From Pseudomonadota bacterium (lineage in GTDB: Bacteria; UBA10199; 2-02-FULL-44-16; JAAZCA01), in contig JAZDOG010000039.1 in NCBI GenBank assembly GCA_043798915.1, positions 1-21,498 of the forward strand: DNA of 21,498 nt, read 5' to 3'. Positions within the stretch are counted from its first letter, which is position 1; the number at the start of each line of letters is the position of its first letter. Of the stretch, positions 8,967 to 20,152 are shown in pieces. A program made the position numbers and the translations under genes. The notes beneath the pieces are model-generated. The model was not told the origin of the DNA. It was given only the letters and a program-made list of their open reading frames with translations, and did no database searches.

Positions 8967-9302
8967 ATGCCAGAAGAAAAAGACAATCCTTTGATGGCTC
9001 ATGCGATGAATCTTGCGGGCACGGTCGCTTATCAGGACGGCGCGGTGGTGAGCCGCGAGCTCATAAGGAAGGAGACCGGGACGGTCACCGTCTTTGCGTT
9101 CGACCGCGGCCAGGGCTTGAGTGAGCACACGGCGCCCTTCGATGCGATGGTCTGCGTTCTGGAAGGCAGGGCAAAGATCAAAATTTCAGGCGAGCCCCAT
9201 GACGTCGCGTCCGGCGAGGCGATAGTCATGCCTGCCGGCAAGCCTCATTCGCTCCATGCGGCTGAGAGATTCAAGATGATGCTGGTGATGATACGGTCGT
9301 GA
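8967..9302 (+). CDS. Small cupin-domain protein
   Basis: FAFDRGQGLSEHTAPFDA and MPAGKPHSL cupin motifs; GGAGG SD before ATG 8967. Confidence 0.9.
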   Translation: MPEEKDNPLMAHAMNLAGTVAYQDGAVVSRELIRKETGTVTVFAFDRGQGLSEHTAPFDAMVCVLEGRAKIKISGEPHDVASGEAIVMPAGKPHSLHAAERFKMMLVMIRS

Positions 9303-9306
9303 TTCG

Positions 9307-10776
9307 TTATTCCTTGAGGATCGCCTCTCGCGCAGCTTTCACTTCATCCAGGCGGCCGCGGAAGGGGCGGGTGGGCGCGTTCTTCACGATGTCCGGATTT
9401 TCCTCGCACTCCTTTGCAATCGCAAGCATCGCGTCGCAGAAGCCGTCGAGGACATCCTTGCACTCGGTCTCCGTGGGCTCGATCATGATCGCGCCGTGGA
9501 CGATGAGCGGGAAACAGACGGTCGGCGGATGAAAGCCGTAGTCCATGAGGCGCTTTGCGATGTCGAGCGTCTTGATTCCGTGCGCGCCCTGCTTCTCGTC
9601 GGAGAAGACGCACTCGTGCAGCGTCGCCTTCGAGTAGGGGAGGGCGAATGCGCCGGAGAGCCTCGCGCGGATATAGTTTGCGTTGAGCACCGCCATCCTC
9701 GTGGCGCCGATCAAGCCCTCCGCCCCCAGCTCGCGGATATAGACGTAGGCGCGCAGCAGAATCCCGAAGTTTCCGAAGAACGTGTTGATCCTGCCGATGG
9801 AGTTTGGCCCCTCACTCGTGATTGCGAATTTTTCGCCCCGCTTTTCGATCCTTGGGACTGGCAGGAACGGCTCTAGCTTCTCCACAACGCCGACCGGCCC
9901 GGCGCCAGGGCCTCCGCCGCCGTGCGGGGTGGCAAAGGTCTTGTGCAGGTTGAAGTGCATCACGTCTGCGCCGATCTTGCCCGGCTTCGCGTATCCCATG
10001 AGAGCGTTTAAGTTGGCGCCGTCGAAATAGACGAGGCCGCCCTTTGCGTGGACGATGTCGGCGACCTTCCGGAAGTTCTCCTCGAAGATCCCCAGCGTGT
10101 TGGGGTTCGTGATCATGATTGCGGCGACGTCCTCGTCCATGGCTGCCGCAACGGCTGCGGGATCGAGGAGGCCGTCTGGCCCGCTCTTCACCGACACGAC
10201 TTCATAGTGGCAGGTGGCCGCGGAGGCGGGGTTCGTGCCGTGGGCGGAATCCGGGATGAGCACCTTCTTCCGCGGATTTCCCTTCGAGGTGTGATACGCG
10301 CGGACCATTAGCATCCCGGTCAGCTCGCCGTGGCTGCCGGCGGCCGGCCACAGCGTCACCGCGGACATGCCGCTTATCTCCGCGAGGTATAGTTCCAGCT
10401 CATGGCATATTTCGAGGTTGGCCTGGACCGCCTCTTCCGGCTGATACGGGTGTGTGTCGGCAAAGCCGTGCAGGGCGGCAACTCTGTTCGCGATCTTCGG
10501 ATTGTACTTCATCGTGCAGGAGCCCAGCGGATAGAAGCCGAGGTCCTTGCTGTAGTTCTGTATGGATAGCCGCGTGAAGTGGCGGGCGACGTCCACCTCG
10601 GCGAGCTCCGGAAGTGGAGGGGCGGCGTCGCGGACGAGCGAGCCAAAGGCCTCGCACAGATTGATGGCCGGCACATCCGCCTTGCCGAGCGCCATCCCGC
10701 GCCGGCCCGGGACGCTCTGGGCGAAAATGCTCGGTTCTTCGAGGAGAAGACCAGTTGTGCCTATGTTTGTGGTCAT
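9307..10776 (-). CDS. gcvPB: Glycine dehydrogenase (decarboxylating) subunit 2
   Basis: YPLGSCTMKYNP, SAHGTNPASA, PLP-lysine NLHKTFATPHGGGGPG, DIAKRLMDYGFHPPT, MIEPTETE. Confidence 0.96.
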   Translation of the reverse strand: MTTNIGTTGLLLEEPSIFAQSVPGRRGMALGKADVPAINLCEAFGSLVRDAAPPLPELAEVDVARHFTRLSIQNYSKDLGFYPLGSCTMKYNPKIANRVAALHGFADTHPYQPEEAVQANLEICHELELYLAEISGMSAVTLWPAAGSHGELTGMLMVRAYHTSKGNPRKKVLIPDSAHGTNPASAATCHYEVVSVKSGPDGLLDPAAVAAAMDEDVAAIMITNPNTLGIFEENFRKVADIVHAKGGLVYFDGANLNALMGYAKPGKIGADVMHFNLHKTFATPHGGGGPGAGPVGVVEKLEPFLPVPRIEKRGEKFAITSEGPNSIGRINTFFGNFGILLRAYVYIRELGAEGLIGATRMAVLNANYIRARLSGAFALPYSKATLHECVFSDEKQGAHGIKTLDIAKRLMDYGFHPPTVCFPLIVHGAIMIEPTETECKDVLDGFCDAMLAIAKECEENPDIVKNAPTRPFRGRLDEVKAAREAILKE

Positions 10777-10789
10777 GGATATTCTCTTA

Positions 10790-12136
10790 TTACTTCATCA
10801 TCGAACGGAGGCGATTTGCATACCGGTCGATTTCGTCCTTCGTGTTCATCTCCGTCGCGCAGACGAGGATGCGGTTCTTCATCTCCGGATGCCAGCGCCC
10901 GAGGTCCACGCCGCCGAATATCCCTTCGGTTGCAAGTTTTGACAGGACCTCCGCGGCCGTTTTCGGCGTCTCGATCACGAACTCGTTGAAGACCGGCGCC
11001 GAAAAGGGGAGGCGGACGCCAGCGATTGCGGAGAGTGCCTTTCGCGCATAGCCGGCCTTTGCCGCGTTGATGTTCGCCAGCTCGCGCATCCCCTCCTTGC
11101 CGATCATAGAAAGGTAGATCGCCGCGGTCGTCGCGCACAGCGCCTGGTTCGAGCAGATGTTGGAGGTCGCCTTCTCGCGCCTGATGTGTTGCTCGCGCGT
11201 GGAGAGCGTGAGGACATAGCCTGGACGCCCTTGCGAATCGACCGTCTTGCCGCAGACCCTTCCGGGCATCTGGCGCACGAGCGATTCGCGGACGGTGAAG
11301 ATTCCGAGCGTGGGGCCGCCGAAGCTCGAGGGGAGCCCCAGCGAGAGGCCCTCGCCCACGGCGATGTCCGCGCCCCATTTTCCCGGCGGCGAGAGGATGC
11401 CAAGCGCGATCGGCTCTGGGACGACGGCGATAAAGAGCGCGCCGGCGCCGTGCGCCATCTTTGCGACGTCATTCAGGTCTTCGACGATGCCGTAGAAGTT
11501 AGGGAACTGCGCGATGACCGCCGCGGTGTCGGAGTTGATGAGTTTTTTGAGCGAGGCCCGGTCGATCATGCCTGCGGGGCAGGGCGCTTCGACGATGCTT
11601 TCGCCGTCGCAGAACACCGTGTGCAGCACGGCCCGGTACTCCGGGTGGAGATTCGCCGGCGCGACGATCTTCTTCCGGCCCTTGGTGGCTCGGCGAGCCA
11701 TGAGCGCTGCGTCGGCGCAGGCCGTCGCGCCGCTGTAGTGGGATGCGTTGGAGACATCCATTCCGAAGAGCCTGCAGATGAGCGACTGGTATTCGAAGAG
11801 GGCGGCGAGCGTCCCCTGGCTGATCTCGGGCTGATACGGCGTGTAGGGGGTGACAAACTCCGAACGCGATGCGAGCTCCGACACGGCGGCGGGGACGTAG
11901 TGCCTGTAGCAGCCTGCCCCCAGAAAAGAAGCCGAGCAGGACATCGTGCGGTTGGCCATCGCGAGGGCGTTCATGTGCCCCCACAGCTCCGGTTCCCCCA
12001 TGCCCTGCGGGATTTTGAGCTCAGGATCGCACCGCATCTCCCGCGGTATCGATTTAAAAAGATCCTCGACGTCTGAGACGCCGATGACGTCCAGCATCCT
12101 TCTGATCTCTTCGTTTGTGTGTGGCAGATAGCGCAT
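10790..12136 (-). CDS. gcvPA: Glycine dehydrogenase (decarboxylating) subunit 1
   Basis: Start MRYLPHT (ATG 12136); FLGAGCY, YTPYQPEISQGTL, TREQHIRREKATSNICSNQ. Confidence 0.96.
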   Translation of the reverse strand: MRYLPHTNEEIRRMLDVIGVSDVEDLFKSIPREMRCDPELKIPQGMGEPELWGHMNALAMANRTMSCSASFLGAGCYRHYVPAAVSELASRSEFVTPYTPYQPEISQGTLAALFEYQSLICRLFGMDVSNASHYSGATACADAALMARRATKGRKKIVAPANLHPEYRAVLHTVFCDGESIVEAPCPAGMIDRASLKKLINSDTAAVIAQFPNFYGIVEDLNDVAKMAHGAGALFIAVVPEPIALGILSPPGKWGADIAVGEGLSLGLPSSFGGPTLGIFTVRESLVRQMPGRVCGKTVDSQGRPGYVLTLSTREQHIRREKATSNICSNQALCATTAAIYLSMIGKEGMRELANINAAKAGYARKALSAIAGVRLPFSAPVFNEFVIETPKTAAEVLSKLATEGIFGGVDLGRWHPEMKNRILVCATEMNTKDEIDRYANRLRSMMK

Positions 12137-12165
12137 TGAAGACTTGGCTGATAGCTTGTTTGCAG

Positions 12166-12555
12166 TTAAGCTGATTCCTCTTCGACAAATGCCAGGTAGG
12201 CCTTGTGGTCCATGAGCTTGTCGATTTCGGAGAGATCGCTCATCTCGACCCTGACCATCCACCCCTCGCCGTAGGGATCTTCGTTCACGGTCGCCGGGTT
12301 CTCCGTCAGGACGTCGTTTATCTCGACGACCTTGCCGCTCACCGGGGCGTAGCAGTCGGAGACAGCCTTCACGGATTCGAGCACCCCGAAGGCCTCGTGC
12401 GTTGTGACCGCCTCGCCTTCAGCGGGCAGCTCCGCGTAGACGATGTCTCCAAGCTGCTCCTGGGCATACTCGGTCACGCCGATGGTGGCGATCTTTCCCT
12501 CGATCTTCACCCATTCGTGTTCAGGCGTGTACTTGAGGTCGTCTGGCGCGTTCAT
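12166..12555 (-). CDS. gcvH: Glycine cleavage system H protein
   Basis: HEWV, AQEQLGDIVY, lipoyl-lysine ESVKAVSD, NEDPYGEGW; GAGGAGG SD before ATG 12555. Confidence 0.96.
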   Translation of the reverse strand: MNAPDDLKYTPEHEWVKIEGKIATIGVTEYAQEQLGDIVYAELPAEGEAVTTHEAFGVLESVKAVSDCYAPVSGKVVEINDVLTENPATVNEDPYGEGWMVRVEMSDLSEIDKLMDHKAYLAFVEEESA

Positions 12556-12572
12556 TTTTATTTTCCTCCTCG

Positions 12573-13661
12573 TCATTTTTTGTAAAACGGCGTTTCAACG
12601 GTAACTGCTTCTCTTTCCTGTCCCCTGATGTCAATTGAAATTTTGTTTCCGATCTCATCGCGTCCCGCCGGGACGTAGCCGATGCCGATCGCGACCCCAA
12701 GCGACGGGGACATCGTGCCGCTGGTCACGATCCCGGCGGGTTTTCCATCTATCATTATAGTGTAGCCCTGCCGCGGGATGCCACGGTCCACCATCTTAAA
12801 TCCCGCGAGCTTTCGCGGCAGCCCTCTCTTGTTGATTTCCACGAGCAGGGCCTTGCCGATGAAGTCGGAGGATTTGCCGAGCTTCACGACCCAGCCCAAG
12901 CCTGCCTCGATCGGGTTTGTCTCCTCGGTGATCTCGTGGCCGTAGAGGCTGTATTTCATCTCGAGGCGCAGCGTGTCGCGGCACCCTAGCCCAGCGGGTT
13001 TCACGCCGGCGGATTTCCCCTGTTCGAGGAGGGCCTGCCAGACCGCGGCCGCATCGGCCGGGCTGACGAAGAGCTCGAAGCCGTCCTCGCCGGTGTAGCC
13101 GGTCCTCGCGACGAGGACATCCTTTTTGCCCGCAACCGGACCCTGTCTGAAATGATATTTCGCGATCGAGTCGAGAGAGATATCGGTGAGACCCTGCAGT
13201 ATCGCGGGGGCCTTGGGGCCCTGGAACGCGATCAATGCGAACTCGTCGCTCAAGTCCCTGATCGTAGCGTTGCCCATTATGTGCGCCTTGCACCAGGCAA
13301 AATCCTTGGCGGTGTTGGAGGCGTTCACGACGATGATGTATCGCGTGGATTCAAATCTGTAGACGATGATGTCGTCAACCACTGTCCCGCGTTCGTTGCA
13401 CAGTATCGAATACTGCGCGCGGCCGTCGGTCATCTTCGTCACGTCGTTCGTCGTGAGGAGATTTACCTGTGCCTCTGCGTCCGGCCCGGCGATCTCGATC
13501 TCGCCCATGTGCGAGACGTCGAAGAGGCCGGCGGCCTTTCGGACGGCGAGGTGCTCGTCGATGACGCCGGTGTACTGCACCGGCATCTCCCAGCCCGCGA
13601 AGTCGACCATCTTTGCGCCGAGTCGGAGGTGCTCGTCATGCAGCGGAGTGCGTCTTGGCAT
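12573..13661 (-). CDS. gcvT: Glycine cleavage system aminomethyltransferase T
   Basis: RTPLH, FAGWEMPVQY, LFDVSHMGE, RTGYTGEDGFE, GLGCRDTLRLE; AAGGAG SD before ATG 13661. Confidence 0.96.
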   Translation of the reverse strand: MPRRTPLHDEHLRLGAKMVDFAGWEMPVQYTGVIDEHLAVRKAAGLFDVSHMGEIEIAGPDAEAQVNLLTTNDVTKMTDGRAQYSILCNERGTVVDDIIVYRFESTRYIIVVNASNTAKDFAWCKAHIMGNATIRDLSDEFALIAFQGPKAPAILQGLTDISLDSIAKYHFRQGPVAGKKDVLVARTGYTGEDGFELFVSPADAAAVWQALLEQGKSAGVKPAGLGCRDTLRLEMKYSLYGHEITEETNPIEAGLGWVVKLGKSSDFIGKALLVEINKRGLPRKLAGFKMVDRGIPRQGYTIMIDGKPAGIVTSGTMSPSLGVAIGIGYVPAGRDEIGNKISIDIRGQEREAVTVETPFYKK

Positions 13662-13678
13662 CTGGATCTCCTTCGGTC

Positions 13679-14554
13679 TCATTTTATCAGCGATCGATCG
13701 CAGCCGTGCGGATAGAGATTTTTAGCCGCATCCACGGTGTTGGCAAGGAGCATCGCGATCGTCATCGGTCCTACGCCTCCGGGGACCGGCGTGATTGCAG
13801 AGGCCCTCTTCGCCGCTTCGTCGAACTCCACGTCGCCTGCGAGCTTTCCGTTTGCGAGCCGGTTGATGCCCACGTCGATCACGACGGCGCCGGGCTTGAT
13901 CCACGCGCCACGGACGAGGGCCGGCCTCCCGACGGCGGCCACGACTATGTCGGCGAGGGCGATCGCTGCCGGCAGATCGGCCGTCGCGCTGTGGCAGATC
14001 GTCACCGTCGCGTTGCGCTCGAGGAGCAGAAGGGCGGCTGGCTTGCCGACGATGTTGCTGCGCCCGATCACGACTGCGTTCTTCCCGGCGGGATTCATGC
14101 CTGATGCGTCGATGAGCTCCATTACGGCCGCCGGCGTGCAGGGCTTGAGGCACGGCTCTCCGAGGCTAAACCGCCCGACGTTGCATGGATGAAAGCCGTC
14201 GACGTCCTTCGCTGGATCGATCGCGCAGAGGACGCGGGACTGGCTGATGTGAGGGGGAAGGGGCAGCTGGACGAGGATGCCGTGCACTGCCGGGTCGGCG
14301 TTGAGCGTGGCGAGCAGCGAGAGCACCTCGGCCTCGGAAGCCGCAGCGGGGAGGTCGTGGTCGAAGCTCGCGATCCCGGCCTTCTGGCAGGCGGCGCGCT
14401 TGTTCCTGACATAGACCTCGGATGCCGGGTCGCGACCCACGAGGACCACAGCAAGTCCCGGCGCCACGCCTTTGCCCTTGAGCGCTGCCACATCAAGGGC
14501 GATCTTCTCCCGGCGCTCCAGAGCGAGCCCCTTGCCGTCGATTATCAAGGCCAT
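13679..14554 (-). CDS. folD: Bifunctional methylenetetrahydrofolate dehydrogenase/cyclohydrolase
   Basis: [53 protein letters not shown]. Confidence 0.97.
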   Translation of the reverse strand: MALIIDGKGLALERREKIALDVAALKGKGVAPGLAVVLVGRDPASEVYVRNKRAACQKAGIASFDHDLPAAASEAEVLSLLATLNADPAVHGILVQLPLPPHISQSRVLCAIDPAKDVDGFHPCNVGRFSLGEPCLKPCTPAAVMELIDASGMNPAGKNAVVIGRSNIVGKPAALLLLERNATVTICHSATADLPAAIALADIVVAAVGRPALVRGAWIKPGAVVIDVGINRLANGKLAGDVEFDEAAKRASAITPVPGGVGPMTIAMLLANTVDAAKNLYPHGCDRSLIK

Positions 14555-14714
14555 TGGAAACTCTCCGCAAAGAGGGCCACCGGGTATGGCTTTGGGGCCG
14601 AAAAGTCAACACCTCAGCCGCAGCGGTTGCGATAGGAAGGGGATATTTTTCCTTTGATGTGAAAGCAGCGCCGCATCGCCCTGCGCGACATATGCAAGCA
14701 TTAATTTCATTGTT

Positions 14715-15161
14715 CTACCGGTAATCCGGCACCATCTCCTTGAGCTTGTGCGTCCCCTTGGTTTTGTCGGAATAGGTGATGCTCGCGGAGTCGCCGTTGA
14801 TGTTGTCGATCGTGGCGCGCCACCAGCTGTCGTTGCTCCACTTGGAGACGACGCCGTCACCATTTTTGAAGCACGGAGGGGAATCAGAGCTGTAGAGCTC
14901 ATTCGGGTGGGGGATCACGTCGTAGGGACGCTTGTCGCGGCCTTTCTCGCCATCGGAGAACGTCACGTCGATGTTGCCGTTCTTCTTGATGGACGTGATC
15001 TTGGCCACCCACCAGTTGTCGCTTTTCCACTGTGCCACGACCTTCATCCCCACGGTCAGCTTCTTCTTCGTCGGCTGCTTGCAGTCGGCGTTCGCTGCCT
15101 GCGCGAACGCAAACAGAGCTGCCGCACACACCAACATCGCCACCAGCATTCTCTTCTTCAT
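14715..15161 (-). CDS. Small secreted protein with two tandem Tudor/Agenet-like repeats
   Basis: GGAGG SD before ATG 15161; signal peptide MKKRMLVAMLVCAAALFAFAQAANA; repeats VGMKVVAQWKSDNWWVAKI..VTFSDG and NGDGVVSKWSNDSWWRATI..ITYSDK. Confidence 0.75.
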   Translation of the reverse strand: MKKRMLVAMLVCAAALFAFAQAANADCKQPTKKKLTVGMKVVAQWKSDNWWVAKITSIKKNGNIDVTFSDGEKGRDKRPYDVIPHPNELYSSDSPPCFKNGDGVVSKWSNDSWWRATIDNINGDSASITYSDKTKGTHKLKEMVPDYR

Positions 15162-15248
15162 CCGTCCTCCCTTCGCTGCTTGTGCACATTCGCCCCAGGC
15201 GCCAGGCCCCATGCCGGCCGCCGTTTACCTTAGCTTCATATGAACATC

Positions 15249-16166
15249 TTAAGCGGTAACTCGATTTCTGCCGTTTTGCGTGGAGATATAGAGGCATGAG
15301 TCGGCCTTGGCTATGAGCTCGGCGGGCGTCGTGCAGGCCTCCGCCGATTGCGTGCCGATGCCGATGCTTATGGTGACCGGGATCAGGATGTTCTCGAACT
15401 TGAACGGCTCCGACGCGACGAGGCTCCGGACGCGCTCCGCCAGCGGACCGGCGCCCTTTGCGTCGATGCCGCGCAGGATCACCACGAATTCCTCGCCGCC
15501 GTAGCGGGCGAGGATGTCCTCGTCGCGGACCGCCTTCTGAATTCGCTGGGCCACTCCGTTCAACACATAGTCGCCCGCCATGTGGCCGTGGGTGTCGTTC
15601 ACCTTCTTGAAGAAATCGATGTCGATCATGAGCAGCGAGATGCCCAGGTGTGTGCGCTTCGCGTAGCTGAACTCCTCCTTCAGGCGGTTTACGAAGGCGT
15701 GCTTGTTGAGGATCCCGGTGACGGCGTCGTAGTTTGCCATCTGGTGCATCTCTTCCTGGAACATCCTCTCCGCTTCGTCGCCCAGGGCGAATTTGAAGAG
15801 CGTGTCGCTCGATATGTGGATCTTGTCGCCGTTCTTCAGCACTCGTTGCTGCACCCTTTCGCCGTTGACAAACGTCCCGTTCGTGGAGCCCATGTCCTCG
15901 ATGATCGCGTCTCCCTTGACGAGCTTGATGCGGAGGTGATGCCTTGAGATCCGCGAATCGCTGATGGAGATGTCGACGTCATCGGCGCGGCCGATGAGGG
16001 TCTCCGCCTGTTCGAGAAGGTACATCTTTCCGATGAGCGGTCCGGAGATGAAGAGGATGAAGGCCTTCTCATCCCTCGGCACGCTCAATTTTTCGATGGA
16101 GGTGATGACCGTTCCGTCGAATACCTCTTCCTCTTCTTTGGTTTGTTCGTTCTTCTTGTCGTTCAT
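15249..16166 (-). CDS. FHA-GGDEF diguanylate cyclase (DgcB-like architecture)
   Basis: Acidic N-tail with DGTVIT; FHA motifs IGR, ISRHH, DMGSTNGTFVNG; GGDEF domain DAVTGILN, DIDFFKKVNDTHGHMAGD, I-site RDED and active site RYGGEEF. Confidence 0.93.
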   Translation of the reverse strand: MNDKKNEQTKEEEEVFDGTVITSIEKLSVPRDEKAFILFISGPLIGKMYLLEQAETLIGRADDVDISISDSRISRHHLRIKLVKGDAIIEDMGSTNGTFVNGERVQQRVLKNGDKIHISSDTLFKFALGDEAERMFQEEMHQMANYDAVTGILNKHAFVNRLKEEFSYAKRTHLGISLLMIDIDFFKKVNDTHGHMAGDYVLNGVAQRIQKAVRDEDILARYGGEEFVVILRGIDAKGAGPLAERVRSLVASEPFKFENILIPVTISIGIGTQSAEACTTPAELIAKADSCLYISTQNGRNRVTA

Positions 16167-16192
16167 GGGCTATCTCCACATTTGAGCCGCGC

Positions 16193-18310
<2,118 letters not shown>

Positions 18311-18423
18311 ATTGTGAATCCACAAGATAACGTTATTTCAGGTCAAAGGCAACTTTTCACTGAATAGGTTGCCGCCAGCGCGCAATTTTGTTAAATTTAT
18401 AAAGTTTCAAGGCGGAGGCCGGG

Positions 18424-19521
18424 ATGGCCGAATCCAGCAGCCAGGAAAAGACCGAGGATGCGACCCCAAAGCGCCTGCGGGACGCGCGGAAGAAGGGGCA
18501 GGTCGCGCGCTCTCGCGATATGAACACGATCGTGATCCTGATCGCCGCCTTCGCGATGATCGCGTTCATGCGCGGCTACATGGGCGAAGAGCTGCGCTCC
18601 TTCATGCAGTCCAACTTCGAACTCGTCTCGAGGAAGGGCCTCACGGTCGAGACCATGTTCCTCGAGGCTCAGAGATCGCTTTGGACCTTCATCCGGCTGG
18701 TCACCCCCTTTCTCCTGGGCATCTCCGCTGTTGCGATCGCCGTGAGCTTCCTGCAGACCGGCCCCATATTTTCCGGCGAGCCGATGAAGCCCCAGGGCAA
18801 GCGCATCAACATCGTAGAGAACCTGAAGAACATGTTCAAGGTGACGACGCTCGTCGAGCTCTTCAAGAACGTCGCGAAGATCAGCCTCATCTTCCTGCTG
18901 GCATATCTTGTTATCAGCGACAGCATCCGCGACGTGGTCCTCACGGTGACGGCGGAGCCCCAGCAGTCGAGCTATATTGCAGCCCGCCTCGTCGCGATAT
19001 TCCTGGTGAAGGTCTTCATCGTCTTCATCATCATCGCGATCATAGACTTCGCCGTGCAGCGCTGGCAGTACAAAAAGCAGCTCAAGATGTCGAAGGAGGA
19101 GGTCAAGCGCGAATACAAGCAGGACGAAGGGGATCCCCTCATCAAGAGCCACAGGCGCCAGCTGCATCAGGAGCTGGCGATGAGCGACACGAGGCAGGCC
19201 GTGAAGTCTGCCGACGCGGTCATCACAAACCCCACCGAGCTCGCCGTCGCGATCAAATACGACGACTCGGAGATGGCCGCGCCGCAGCTGGTCGCCAAGG
19301 GGCAGAGGCTTTTTGCGGATGCAATCAGGGATATGGCGGAGGAGTTCGGCGTGCCAGTGATACAGAACGTCCCGCTCGCATGGACGCTCATCGAGCTCGA
19401 CATAGGCGACGAGATCCCCGAGGAGATATACACCGCCGTGGCCGAGGTCCTGGTCTTCGTCTACAAGCTCAAGAGGGAGCAGGGCGGAGAATCGAAGCGC
19501 CCCCCTGAGCTCAATGCATGA
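18424..19521 (+). CDS. sctU: Type III export apparatus switch protein, SctU/YscU/FlhB family
   Basis: EKTEDATPKRLRDARKKGQV, hydrophobic TM segments, LKMSKEEVKREYKQDEGDP, VITNPTE (canonical NPTH), VAKG, NVPLAWTL, AVAEVL; GGAGG SD. Injectisome-type versus flagellar FlhB is not resolved by eye. Confidence 0.88.
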   Translation: MAESSSQEKTEDATPKRLRDARKKGQVARSRDMNTIVILIAAFAMIAFMRGYMGEELRSFMQSNFELVSRKGLTVETMFLEAQRSLWTFIRLVTPFLLGISAVAIAVSFLQTGPIFSGEPMKPQGKRINIVENLKNMFKVTTLVELFKNVAKISLIFLLAYLVISDSIRDVVLTVTAEPQQSSYIAARLVAIFLVKVFIVFIIIAIIDFAVQRWQYKKQLKMSKEEVKREYKQDEGDPLIKSHRRQLHQELAMSDTRQAVKSADAVITNPTELAVAIKYDDSEMAAPQLVAKGQRLFADAIRDMAEEFGVPVIQNVPLAWTLIELDIGDEIPEEIYTAVAEVLVFVYKLKREQGGESKRPPELNA

Positions 19522-19527
19522 GTTGGG

Positions 19528-20148
19528 CTAGAAGTGGTACGCGATGTTCCCCATCATAGTGAACGGAAAGAGCGCGGTGCCGTTGTTGTGGGCGTTCATC
19601 GAGGTTATGATGCCGATGGAGCGGAAGACGCCCGCCAGGCCAACTGAAAACCTCTCGCTCACATAATAGTCCGTCCCCAGCCCAAGGTCTGCGCCGATGC
19701 CGACACCCCTCGTGCCATTGCCCGCCGATCCCTTCGTGATGGCGTAGATACCCATGCCGATCAGGCCGTAGGGGTCCCAGCGCGACGGGTTCGAGAGGAT
19801 GTAGAATTTGAGATCGAACGTGGGGACGCCCATGAGGATGACGCCATCGTCTCCGTTGCTCGGGCCCGTGCCGTCCTGCGTGGTGAGCAGGACACCGAAT
19901 TGAGTTGAGAACTGAGGCGACCAGCGATAGTCGAAGTACAGGTAGCCGCCGACGCCCTGTCCCAGCTCGGGGGTCGAGTCTACCACGAAGATGTTTCCGG
20001 CGGGCCCGGCGCCCACGCTGAAGTTGCCGCCGGCGGCCCTTCCCTTCGCATGCTTTGCTTCGTTGCTGGAGCCGTCATCCGCGCGCGCGCTGAAACCAGC
20101 GCATACGAGCGCCATCATCATGACAAGAACTGCGGCTGTTTTCTTCAT
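19528..20148 (-). CDS. Small outer-membrane beta-barrel protein (OmpA/OmpW-like)
   Basis: Signal peptide; alternating amphipathic strands (WDPYGLIGMG, LGLGTDYYV); C-terminal AYHF resembling a BAM signal. Confidence 0.8.
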   Translation of the reverse strand: MKKTAAVLVMMMALVCAGFSARADDGSSNEAKHAKGRAAGGNFSVGAGPAGNIFVVDSTPELGQGVGGYLYFDYRWSPQFSTQFGVLLTTQDGTGPSNGDDGVILMGVPTFDLKFYILSNPSRWDPYGLIGMGIYAITKGSAGNGTRGVGIGADLGLGTDYYVSERFSVGLAGVFRSIGIITSMNAHNNGTALFPFTMMGNIAYHF

Positions 20149-20152
20149 CCGG

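Noticed and set aside
14555..14714. Glycine or THF riboswitch upstream of folD-gcv
   Set aside because: No recognisable aptamer. A TTGACT -35-like hexamer (14604-14609, minus strand) would leave too short a leader. Not tested with Infernal.
18400..18426. sigma28 -35 box TAAAGTTT upstream of sctU
   Set aside because: No matching -10 at the right spacing, and it would overlap the start codon.
18369..19508. 379-aa plus-strand ORF overlapping sctU
   Set aside because: Off-frame, Arg/Gly-rich low-complexity translation; the sctU frame carries the family motifs.
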